A stretch of DNA of 64,000 nucleotides from Pseudomonadota bacterium. Lineage in GTDB: Bacteria; Desulfobacterota; Syntrophia; Syntrophales; UBA8958. Location: the NCBI GenBank assembly GCA_030057915.1, contig JASGUC010000003.1:102086-166085 (forward strand), in the 5' to 3' direction. The position numbers were made by a program, and so were the translations under genes. The notes beneath the pieces were generated by a model, which worked only from the letters and a program-made list of their open reading frames with translations, made no database searches and was not told the origin of the DNA. Shown here one piece after another: positions 37,401 to 44,903 of this stretch (position 1 is its first letter; each line of letters opens with the position of its first letter).

Positions 37401-37925
37401 GAGCAGGCCCAGGCCGCGCTGGCCTCCCTGCGTAGCGACGTGGCCCGGTATATCAAAATCCGGGCGGCTTTCCATCTCCTGAAAAACGCCATGAACCGCT
37501 ATCGGGAGAAGAATCAGGCGCCGCTCCTCCTCCGGGCCGGAGAGCTTTTCGGTCGGATCACCGCCGGGGCCTTCCCGCGACTGATGACGGACATGGGCCC
37601 CGACGACGAGCCGGCGCTCATGGGGGTGCGGCACGACGGCGCCCGCCTGGGCGTGGAAGGGATGAGTTCCGGGACCCGGGACCAGCTCTACCTGGCCCTG
37701 CGTCTGGCCACGGCGGAGACCTATCTCCAGGGGGAGGCGCTGCCCTTCATCGTGGATGACGTCCTGGTGAACTTCGACGAGGAACGCACGGCCGCCACCC
37801 TCGGGGTCCTGTGGGAAATGGGCCGGCGCACCCAGGTGATCCTCTTCACCCACCACCGCCATCTGGCCGAGATGGCCGAGGAGATGGCCCGGAAGGGACC
37901 CGGAGTGGTTGTCCGTAAGCTCTGA
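34419..37925 (+). CDS. SMC/SbcC-like AAA ATPase (YhaN-type) with long coiled coil
   Basis: N-terminal Walker A HGANEAGKSS, then a Glu/Arg/Leu-rich coiled coil of about 900 aa. The C-terminus carries the signature GMSSGTRDQLYLALRLA and Walker B PFIVDDVLVNFD. Confidence 0.8.
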   Translation: MRILHLHLKAYGPFTDVRLDFPGELPGLHVVHGANEAGKSSALRALTDFLYGIPERTRDGFLHGNDQLRIGGTLRLADGREGSFVRRKGRKNTLLTPDEGGVADDRELAPFLSGVSREMFTVMFGIDHEELVRGGNEILTRRGRVGEALLAAAIGAERFRSLLKELEEATAELFLPRASKPRINAGLAEFKALRDRARRESLPAREWDRHWARRRELTVEVRRIEGEIGARQGEYQRLLRMRRVLKGLAERREILARLEAMGKVHVLAADFPSRRAAILRDWEHAREAAARAGDRLVELREAYDRLPPPSSLLAEAVLVDELQQDLGSHLKALRDRPDLEGRRRQMRNDARRLMEIIGIEPRLEAVGEIIPRVERNRVLVTELARRHEAVLTSLKKAEKSLERRWRDQEETERELRELPDGGDPAALREAVRLARKEGDPDGELFKARKALQEARSKARRSLAGLGRWRGDMEGALVLPTPARESIERCEEEWRRLEERRREIDRETRENAADIRTVRKKLAGFALAGMVPTELDLEEARRRREEGWRLIRGLLAGEARDEEAERRFHPDWAPPEAYEAAVSTADEIADRLRREAQRVHVLADLRAEADSLEERRRQLEQETAALVERERKRDDDWRALWAPGGVDPLSPREMAAWLSSFHALREEILRLQSVQEEVLALEDRQAAARTGLLEVLRSSGPEANRESASFQDLREEAEHLLEVRTELNRRREELRRQMEKQAGQVREAAGEKESALAELRDWRERWRDAMAGLGLSADTPPAAAMSVLERYAALFSEAKQIADMDRRIWAIDEEARRFAEKVAEFVQRRVPEYAACPPEEAVRRLKQEVDEARLREKERQTGAKRVREAEEELRAATTDFRLKEQRVADLLKEARCRETSELEAAEARSAAYQGDRESLAAAERFLLENGDGLSLAALAAEAAAVSPDELPAALDRVNGQLEELQSRRQELNTEIGEENAELRRMDGSSAAAEAEEQAQAALASLRSDVARYIKIRAAFHLLKNAMNRYREKNQAPLLLRAGELFGRITAGAFPRLMTDMGPDDEPALMGVRHDGARLGVEGMSSGTRDQLYLALRLATAETYLQGEALPFIVDDVLVNFDEERTAATLGVLWEMGRRTQVILFTHHRHLAEMAEEMARKGPGVVVRKL

Positions 37926-38061
37926 AATATCCCCGGCGCGCCGCGTCGCCGCCTCTGCCGCCATTCAAATACGCATTGATTTTTGCCGGCGGACAGGCTA
38001 TTCAGTACGTCCTGTCCATGGCAAGAGGGAAATCGGATCGATCTGATGGAGAGCGGCGGTC

Positions 38062-39348
38062 ATGGAAAAATTTGACGTCATCGTGGTGGGGGCGGGGCTG
38101 GCCGGACTGGCCGCCGCCCATGCCTTGGCCGACCGGGGCGTGGAATGCCTCGTCCTGGAGCGGGGGGATTATCCAGGGTCGAAAAACGTCACCGGCGGCC
38201 GCATCTACGTGAATCCCGTCCGGGATCTCTTCCCCGATCTCTGGCCGGACGCCCCCCTGGAGCGCTTCATCGTTCACGAAGGGGTCACCCTCATGGCGAA
38301 GGAGCGATCCGTGTCCTTCGGCTACTCCGGCGACGAGTTGCGAACGGCGCCCCACCAGAGCTACAGCGTCCTCCGGGCCCGTTTCGATCGGTGGCTCGCC
38401 GAACGGGTCGAAGAAAAAGGGGCCATGCTCCTCACCAAGACCCTGGTGACGGATGTCCTTCGGGAAGGGGGGCGGGTGGCCGGTGTCGTGGCGGGGGGGG
38501 ACGAACTGCGCGCCGACGTCGTGGTGGCCGCCGACGGCGTCCTGTCCCTCACGGCGGAGAGAGCGGGACTACACCCCCCCCTCACCCCCCGGGAATATGC
38601 CGTGGGCGTCAAGGAAGTCATCGCCCTGCCGGCGGAGAAGATCGCCGACCGCTTTCAGCTTACGGGCAACGAAGGGGCGGCTCGTCTCTTCGTCGGGGCG
38701 GCGACGGCGGGGCTCTTCGGCGGCGGTTTCCTCTATACCAACCGGGAGAGCGTCAGCCTGGGTCTGGTTATAGGGATCGCCGAGTTCCTGGAGCAGGACC
38801 CCCCCCGGGATTTGCCCGTCCTGATGGAGGATTTCAAGAGGCGTCCGGAGATCGCCCCCCTGATCCGGGACGGCGTCACGGTGGAATACGCCGCCCATAT
38901 GATCCCCGAGGGGGGATTCCGGGGCCTCCAGCCGCTCTACGGTGACGGGATGCTCGTCGTCGGCGACGCCGCCGGCTTCGCCCTCAATCTGGGGTTCACC
39001 GTCCGGGGGATGGAATACGCCCTCGCTTCGGGATACTACGCCGCCCAGGCGATCCTGAAGGCCCGGGAGGCGGGGGATTACGGCGCCGAGACCCTGGCGG
39101 AATACGGCCGCCTCCTTCAGGAGAGCTTCGTCCTCAAGGATTTCCAGAGCTTCCAGGCCGCCCCGGCCTTCGTGAAGAATCCCAGGTTCTTCGGCCATTA
39201 TCCGGAATTCATGGGGAGGCTGCTCCGGGATATCCATGCCGTTCCCGGGGGCCCCAAGGACCGCCTCTACCCCACACTCCGCGGGCATCTGCATCTGAGG
39301 GAACTCTGGTCCATGTTCAAGGACTTTCGGGAGGTGACGAAGCTATGA
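38062..39348 (+). CDS. fixC: electron-transfer flavoprotein:quinone oxidoreductase FixC
   Basis: FDVIVVGAGLAGLAAA..LERG..PGSKNVTGGRIY N-terminus and MLVVGDAAGF are typical of FixC/ETF-QO. Confidence 0.85.
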   Translation: MEKFDVIVVGAGLAGLAAAHALADRGVECLVLERGDYPGSKNVTGGRIYVNPVRDLFPDLWPDAPLERFIVHEGVTLMAKERSVSFGYSGDELRTAPHQSYSVLRARFDRWLAERVEEKGAMLLTKTLVTDVLREGGRVAGVVAGGDELRADVVVAADGVLSLTAERAGLHPPLTPREYAVGVKEVIALPAEKIADRFQLTGNEGAARLFVGAATAGLFGGGFLYTNRESVSLGLVIGIAEFLEQDPPRDLPVLMEDFKRRPEIAPLIRDGVTVEYAAHMIPEGGFRGLQPLYGDGMLVVGDAAGFALNLGFTVRGMEYALASGYYAAQAILKAREAGDYGAETLAEYGRLLQESFVLKDFQSFQAAPAFVKNPRFFGHYPEFMGRLLRDIHAVPGGPKDRLYPTLRGHLHLRELWSMFKDFREVTKL

Positions 39349-39629
39349 CGGATGCCCTGGATCTGAAGGCCAAACTGGGCCTCGATGTCTTCAAGACCGG
39401 CGGCGCGCCCCATATCCGCATCCGGGAGGGCCAGGAGCGGGCGCCGCGTCTCCGCCGGATGCCTTCCCTCTGCCCCGCCGGCCTGTACAGCGAGGGCGAC
39501 GGGGGGGCGATCACCCTCACCGTGGACGGCTGCCTCGAATGCGGAACCTGTCGTCTGGTCTGCGGCCCCGAGGTCCTGGAATGGGATTACCCGGAAGGCG
39601 GCGCGGGCGTCCAGTACCGCTACGGGTGA
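39345..39629 (+). CDS. fixX: ferredoxin-like protein FixX
   Basis: 94 aa with CPAGLY and CLECGTCRLVC motifs. The start overlaps the fixC stop. Confidence 0.85.
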   Translation: MTDALDLKAKLGLDVFKTGGAPHIRIREGQERAPRLRRMPSLCPAGLYSEGDGGAITLTVDGCLECGTCRLVCGPEVLEWDYPEGGAGVQYRYG

Positions 39630-39650
39630 CCATGGGAACGTAGCGCTTGA

Positions 39651-39760
39651 AATCGGCGCAGCCGATTAATGTTCACAAATCGGCGCAGCCGATTACGGTT
39701 TATAAATCGGCTGCGCTGATTGATGTTCACAATTCAGCGCAGCCGGTTAATGCTTATAAA
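39651..39760. repeat. four tandem ~27-bp units, each with a 17-bp palindrome AATCGGCGCAGCCGATT (putative operator array)
   Basis: Palindromes at 39651-39667, 39678-39694, 39705-39721 (AATCGGCTGCGCTGATT) and 39731-39748 (AATTCAGCGCAGCCGGTT). They are separated by AT-rich spacers (AATGTTCACA and similar), 70-180 nt upstream of acd. Confidence 0.7.
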
Positions 39761-39827
39761 GCAGCCACGCCGAGGGGAAATCACGGACCGCTTGCGGTCT
39801 TGGATAATACGAACGAGGAGGGGAATT

Positions 39828-40967
39828 ATGGAATTCAAGCTGACGGAGGAACAAGTACTTATCCGCAAGAACATGCGGGAATTCGCCGACAAATACGTGG
39901 AGCCCATCGCCGCGGAGATCGATGAAAACAGCCGTCATCCCGCCGAGGTATTCAAGCTCCTCGCCGAGGGGGACTGGATGGGGATCCCCATCCCCGTGGA
40001 ATACGGCGGGGCCGGCGCCGATTATCTGACCCATATCCTCGCCGTGGAGGAGCTTTCCCGCTCCTGCGCCTCCACGGGGTTCACCGTCTCCATCCATGTG
40101 GGGATCGCCTGCATGCTCGTCCTCCTCAACGGCACGGAAGAGCAGAAGCAGAAGTACCTGATCCCGATGGCGAAGGGGGAGAAGTTAGGGGCCTTTGTCC
40201 TCACCGAGCCGGGCGCCGGCACGGACGTCATGGCCGCCACGACGACGGCCGTCCTCGACGGCGACGCCTATGTCCTCAACGGCACCAAGACCTTTACCTC
40301 CAACGGCCCCACCGGCGATTTCTACATGGTGTTTGCCTGGACGGACAAGGCGGCGGGTCGCAAGGGCATGAGCTGCTTCATCATCCCCCGGGGCACCCCC
40401 GGCATGAGCGCCGGCGAGCACTTCCGGAAGATGGGCCTTCGCTCCTCCCAGACCTCGGAGATGGTCTTCAAGGACTGCCGCGTTCCCAAGGAAAACCTCC
40501 TGGGCAAGGAGGGGGCGGGACTGGTCATGGCCATGGCCGGGTTCGACCATGGCCGGGTCGGCATCGCCGCCCAGTCCGTGGGGATCCTCCAGGCCGCCCT
40601 GGACGAGTCGATCCGCTATTCCAAGGAGCGGGTACAGTTCGGCAATCCCATCTCCCGCAACCAGGCCATCTCCTGGATGATCGCCAACATGGCCACGGAT
40701 CTCCAGGCCGCCCGCTTGCTCACCTATAATGCCGCCTGGCTGAAGGACCAGAAGCAGGTCTTCAGCAAGGAGGCCTCCATGGCGAAACTCTTCGCCTCGG
40801 AAGCGGCGATGCGTCACACGATCAAGGCCGTCCAGATCCACGGCGGTTACGGCTACTGCAAGGGCGCCAAGGTGGAGCGGCTGTTTAGGGACGCCAAGAT
40901 CACCGAGATCTACGAGGGGACCTCGGAGGCCCAGCGCATGGTGATCTCCGGCAACGTCCTCCGGTGA
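39828..40967 (+). CDS. acyl-CoA dehydrogenase (short/butyryl-CoA type)
   Basis: MEFKLTEEQ N-terminus, LTEPGAGTDV, and the C-terminal FRDAKITEIYEGTSEAQRMVI catalytic-Glu motif. ATG at 39828 with SD GAGGAGGGG. Confidence 0.9.
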   Translation: MEFKLTEEQVLIRKNMREFADKYVEPIAAEIDENSRHPAEVFKLLAEGDWMGIPIPVEYGGAGADYLTHILAVEELSRSCASTGFTVSIHVGIACMLVLLNGTEEQKQKYLIPMAKGEKLGAFVLTEPGAGTDVMAATTTAVLDGDAYVLNGTKTFTSNGPTGDFYMVFAWTDKAAGRKGMSCFIIPRGTPGMSAGEHFRKMGLRSSQTSEMVFKDCRVPKENLLGKEGAGLVMAMAGFDHGRVGIAAQSVGILQAALDESIRYSKERVQFGNPISRNQAISWMIANMATDLQAARLLTYNAAWLKDQKQVFSKEASMAKLFASEAAMRHTIKAVQIHGGYGYCKGAKVERLFRDAKITEIYEGTSEAQRMVISGNVLR

Positions 40968-41064
40968 TCGAATAGGCGTAAAATGGGACGGCGCCCTTTT
41001 CCCGGCGGCACGGGGATAGAGGGGGCCGTCCCCCACTTATCGCGAATGGTTAAGGAGACCGGCT

Positions 41065-41832
41065 ATGCCCAAGGTAGTTGCCTGCTTCAAATGGGTAGTC
41101 GATGAGGCTTATATCCGAAAAGGCGCCGGCGGGGCGCTGGATTTTTCCGCCGTCGATTACAAGATCAGCGAGTATGACCGCAACGCCCTCGAGGAGGCCG
41201 CCCGCTGCCGGGGCGAGGGGGGGAGGGTCGTGGCCCTTGCCGTCGGCGGTCCCGAGGCCGCCAAGGGGGTGAAGGACGCCCTTTCCCGGGGCGCCGACGC
41301 CGCCTTCCTCGCCGCCGATCCCGCCTTCGCCGATCTGGATCCTACCCAGACCGCGGCGGTACTGGCGGAGGTCATCCGCACACGCATCCCCTACGATCTC
41401 ATCGTCTGCGGCGAGGGCTCCGGTGATCGGTACGCCCAGCAGGTCGGCCCCCGTTTGGCGGAGAACCTTGGCATTCCGTGCGTTTCCTACGTCCAGAAGC
41501 TCACCGTGGCCGCCGAAGGGGGGCGGATCGTGGCAGAGCGGCGGGTAGAGGAGGGCGTCGAGGTCGTGGAGGCCCCCTTTCCCGTGTTGGTGACGGTGCT
41601 GCCGGAGATCAACGTCCCCCGGATCCCCGGGGTCAAGGACACCCTCCTGGCGGCCAGGAAACCCGTGGCTATCGTGAAAAAAGAGGAACTGCCCCCCATG
41701 GGGGAGGCGAAACTCGAGACCCTGGCCCTGGCGGCGGCACGGATGGAGAGAAACTGCGAGATCTTCGGGACGACGCCGGAGGATATCGCCCGCTTCGTGG
41801 CGGCCCTCCAGCGGCAGGGCGCGATCGGATAA
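41065..41832 (+). CDS. etfB: electron transfer flavoprotein beta subunit (FixA-type)
   Basis: MPKVVACFKWV...ISEYDRNALEEA and LIVCGEGSGDRYAQQVGP are typical EtfB/FixA features. Confidence 0.9.
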   Translation: MPKVVACFKWVVDEAYIRKGAGGALDFSAVDYKISEYDRNALEEAARCRGEGGRVVALAVGGPEAAKGVKDALSRGADAAFLAADPAFADLDPTQTAAVLAEVIRTRIPYDLIVCGEGSGDRYAQQVGPRLAENLGIPCVSYVQKLTVAAEGGRIVAERRVEEGVEVVEAPFPVLVTVLPEINVPRIPGVKDTLLAARKPVAIVKKEELPPMGEAKLETLALAAARMERNCEIFGTTPEDIARFVAALQRQGAIG

Positions 41833-41838
41833 GAAGAG

Positions 41839-42801
41839 GTGAACATGGCCGGCATCTGGATTATCGCGGAAAAGAAGGAATTGGCGATGGAACTCTTGAC
41901 CCCGGGCGGTCAGTTGGACGCGGCGGGTGGCGGAAGACTCACGGTCGTTGTCCCCGAGTCGGAGGGCGACCCGGCGGACTATATCGCCGCGGGGGCCGAC
42001 GAGGTGGCGTTGTTGGGCCGGCTCTCCGAAGAGATGTCGTTTTCGTCCTGGCTCCCCGCGCTGGCCGAGGAGATAAAGGCGGCTGACCCCGCGGCGGTGC
42101 TTCTGGCCGCCACGTTCCGGGGGAGGGAACTGGCGGCTCGCCTGGCGGCCCGCCTGGAAACCGGCCTGGCGAGCAACTGCCTGACCCTGGCCGCTGGTCC
42201 CGACGGCACCCTGGTCATGGAACGCCTCGCCTATGGCGGCGCGGCCCTCCAGCGGGTGGCCGTCACGGGACGGCCCGTCATGGCCACGATCCCCCCCCGG
42301 ACCTTCCCCCCCGCCGCGACGGTTCCCGGCCGGGAAGGGACGGTCCGCAGACTCCCCCCGCCCCCGGCGGACTCCCTCCGGGTCCTGGCCCGGAAGGAAA
42401 AGGAGCGGAGCGCCCAGGACATCGCCGCCGCCAAGACGGTGGTCTGTGTGGGCCGGGGCCTGGAGAAGCGGGAGGATCTGGAGCTGGCCCGACAGTTGGC
42501 CGCCGTCCTCGGAGGCGAGATTGGCTGCACCCGCCCCATCTCCGAGGAGTTGCGCTGGCTGCCCGAAAACCTCTGCATCGGCCTGTCCGGCGTCCAGGTT
42601 AAGCCGGAGCTGTACCTCGGTCTGGGCGTCTCGGGGCAGATCCAGCACCTGACGGGCCTGCGGGGGGCGCGACTCATCTGCGCCGTGAATAGGGACCCCC
42701 ACGCCCCGATCTTTCCGGCGGCGGATCTGGGCATCGTGGGCGATCTCTACGAGGTGACGCCCATCCTCATCGCGGAGATCAAGAAGGCCCGGGGGGGCTG
42801 A
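41839..42801 (+). CDS. etfA: electron transfer flavoprotein alpha subunit (FixB-type)
   Basis: The C-terminal FAD-binding region VVCVGRGL...GCTRPI...LYLGLGVSGQIQHLTG...ICAVNRDPHAPIF is the canonical EtfA signature. Confidence 0.9.
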   Translation: MNMAGIWIIAEKKELAMELLTPGGQLDAAGGGRLTVVVPESEGDPADYIAAGADEVALLGRLSEEMSFSSWLPALAEEIKAADPAAVLLAATFRGRELAARLAARLETGLASNCLTLAAGPDGTLVMERLAYGGAALQRVAVTGRPVMATIPPRTFPPAATVPGREGTVRRLPPPPADSLRVLARKEKERSAQDIAAAKTVVCVGRGLEKREDLELARQLAAVLGGEIGCTRPISEELRWLPENLCIGLSGVQVKPELYLGLGVSGQIQHLTGLRGARLICAVNRDPHAPIFPAADLGIVGDLYEVTPILIAEIKKARGG

Positions 42802-42862
42802 ATCGTCCGCCTCCCCCCCGGTGCGGGCCGGTCCTTCCCCGGCGCGCCCCGTCCCTGTCCAT

Positions 42863-42897
42863 CCCTCCCCTCTCCGGGGGAGGGATGTTTTTGTTTT
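42863..42897 (+). terminator. candidate Rho-independent terminator after etfA
   Basis: CCCTCCCC-tctcc-GGGGGAGGG stem-loop followed by ATGTTTTTGTTTT. Confidence 0.55.
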
Positions 42898-43121
42898 CCG
42901 CCGTTTTGCCCGGGGGAGTAAGGCCTCGCGATGAACCGCCCGCGATGGACCGTCTCGATTGCCCTCCGCCAGTGAGCGACGGACATGGCCCCGGGGGAGG
43001 CCGCCGGGGCGGCGAGGCCTTTTCCCAAGGTCCTGGAGGAAGCCGGAGACAAGAAGGCCCCGGAAAGACCCGCCCAGGCAGGCTTCCGGGGCCGGTTTGC
43101 CAGCGGTTTGCGGATGATCCG

Positions 43122-43736
43122 TTATTTGTTTGCCTCCAGGTAGCCCTTGGCCAGGGCGGTGTTGACGTGGAGCACCCCCTTGTTCAGGGTTCGGAAGGGA
43201 TAGTCCTCGGTGATCGCCGGCAGGGCATCGGCCTGCTCCTGGGTCTTGATCGTCGAGCCGGCGGGGACATAGCGGCCGTCGGCGATGGTAACGCCCATGA
43301 GGAGGCAGCCCGGTTCGACTACGCAACCCCGGCCGACGACGGATTTGAAGACCAGGCTCTGCATGCCGACGAAGGAATCGTCCAGGACCACGGCGGGGCC
43401 GTGGATCTGCACCTGGTGGGCCAGGGAGACCCGGCACCCCACGTAAACGGCGTATTTTTTGCCGTTGACCTCGTTGAGGTTTTTCTCGATGGGCTCGCCG
43501 TTCATCTCCGTTTCCAGGGCATGGATGATGACCCCGTCCTGGACGTTGGCATCATCGCCCACGAACAGGGGCTGGCCTTCGTCGCCGCGGATCGAGGCGA
43601 AAGGGGAGACCATGATGTTCTTCCCCAGGGTGACGTTGCCGATTACCGCCGCCAGGGGATGGACGTAGGTTGAGGGGTCGATCACCGGCGTCGAGACCTT
43701 GCCGCTGAAATCTGTAATCACGTTTTTTCCAATCAT
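43122..43736 (-). CDS. gamma-class carbonic anhydrase, Cam-type (left-handed beta-helix)
   Basis: Near-collinear by eye with Methanosarcina thermophila Cam as I remember it: PVIDPSTYVHP, MVSPFASIRGDEGQPLFVGDDANVQDGVIIHALE, VSLAHQVQIHGP, DGRYVPAG. No signal peptide. Confidence 0.85.
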   Translation of the reverse strand: MIGKNVITDFSGKVSTPVIDPSTYVHPLAAVIGNVTLGKNIMVSPFASIRGDEGQPLFVGDDANVQDGVIIHALETEMNGEPIEKNLNEVNGKKYAVYVGCRVSLAHQVQIHGPAVVLDDSFVGMQSLVFKSVVGRGCVVEPGCLLMGVTIADGRYVPAGSTIKTQEQADALPAITEDYPFRTLNKGVLHVNTALAKGYLEANK

Positions 43737-43780
43737 ATGCGTAAAACCTCCCAGGTTTGAAGTTGAAAAATACCTATATC

Positions 43781-44139
43781 GAGACCTTTGAAGTATTCCG
43801 TTTCCGAGTCCCTGTCGTCATCCCAGCGGCAGCCGGAATACCGTGTTTTCAAGGTATTCCCGGCCCAGGATTTTGCCGGGGCGACAGGAAATGGCGGATT
43901 TTCAAAGGCCTCATCTCCCTATTTGTCGCGTCGAGACCCCCGTAAATCCCGCCCTTCCGGCGTCGATGCGCACTGAAGGCGTTGACCCGCGCATGTCTTT
44001 GCCATGTGAGACCTGTGAAAAACGTCGTTGCCGCCCCCCCCCGCCGACATTTCGGTGTAAGACCAATGCCGTGTTTCCAAGGTGCGCCGGAAGCCGGTTT
44101 TGGTCGGGGCCACGGAAAAACGTGGATTTTCAAAGCCCT
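43781..44139. repeat. two MITE-like elements (subfamily C 43781-43912; subfamily B 44008-44139) with a spacer
   Basis: Each is bounded by GAGACCT(T/G)TGAA...TTTTCAAAG(G/C)CC termini, but the cores differ from each other. The first copy is flanked by ATATC and ATCTC. Confidence 0.7.
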
Positions 44140-44152
44140 TCGCCCCCTCCCT

Positions 44153-44818
44153 TCATGGGGGAGGCAAGGAGGAGGGGGGGGCGTGGCCGTGGGGATGGCG
44201 GACGAGACGCTGTTGTCTCTCCCGCTGTCGGAGTTCCTCCCAGACCGCCGCCGCCCGTCGCCGGGTTTCTTCGCGGTCGCCCCGGTTGTCGATGACGATA
44301 TCCGCCCGGGCCAGCTTGGCGTCGATGGGCATCTGGGAGGCCAGGCGGGCCTCCGCCTCCGTGCGGGTGTAGCCGTTCCGGGCCATGAGGCGTCGGAGCT
44401 GCTCCTCCGGTGGGACGTAAACCAACAGGACCAGATCCATCATCGTTTCCGCCCCGACTTCAAAGAGCAGGGGGACATCGGCCAGGGTAATGGCGTGCGG
44501 GGCCTCTCTCTCGATCTCCGCCAGTCGCCGCCGCCATGCCGCGAAGACCGCGGGATGGACGATGGCGTTGAGGACCTCCCGGCGGGCCCTGTCCTGGAAG
44601 ACCAGCCCGCCCAGAACCGCCCGGTTTATCGTCCCGTCGGCATTGAGGATTGCCCGGCCGAAGGCGGCTACCAGCTCCCGCCAGACCGGTCGTCCCGGGG
44701 CCTCCACCTCGTGGGCCAGAACGTCGAAGTCGATGTGGACGGCGCCCAGCTCCACCAGCATCCGGGCCACCGTGGACTTACCGGAGGCGATCCCCCCCGT
44801 CAACCCCACCTTCAGCAT
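44153..44818 (-). CDS. coaE: dephospho-CoA kinase
   Basis: MLKVGLTGGIASGKST P-loop and overall CoaE-like layout, plus a short Pro/Arg-rich tail. Confidence 0.85.
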   Translation of the reverse strand: MLKVGLTGGIASGKSTVARMLVELGAVHIDFDVLAHEVEAPGRPVWRELVAAFGRAILNADGTINRAVLGGLVFQDRARREVLNAIVHPAVFAAWRRRLAEIEREAPHAITLADVPLLFEVGAETMMDLVLLVYVPPEEQLRRLMARNGYTRTEAEARLASQMPIDAKLARADIVIDNRGDREETRRRAAAVWEELRQRERQQRLVRHPHGHAPPSSLPPP

Positions 44819-44903
44819 CCCCTCACCCGTGACGACGGACCGGGCCGAGACAAGGCGCGGTCCCCCTCTGCCTTGCGGCCTTTCCCGAGCGCCGGCGAGA
44901 GGG

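Noticed and set aside
39651-39760. Possible mini-CRISPR array
   Set aside because: The period is only 26-27 bp, with 9-10-bp AT-rich spacers of similar sequence to one another. There are no unique spacers of about 30 bp and no cas genes in the window.
39647-39925. 92-aa ORF translating the 27-bp repeats as KSAQPINVH-type nonapeptide repeats
   Set aside because: It has a TTG start and no SD, and it overlaps the well-supported ACAD start at 39828 in another frame. The repeat units are DNA palindromes, which fits protein-binding sites better than coding. The N-terminal extension of ORF 39720..40967 was rejected for the same reason.
41050-43437. 795-aa ORF on the minus strand
   Set aside because: It is antisense to etfB/etfA and runs into the carbonic anhydrase region. 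Its composition is Arg/Gly/Pro-rich and no start context is present.
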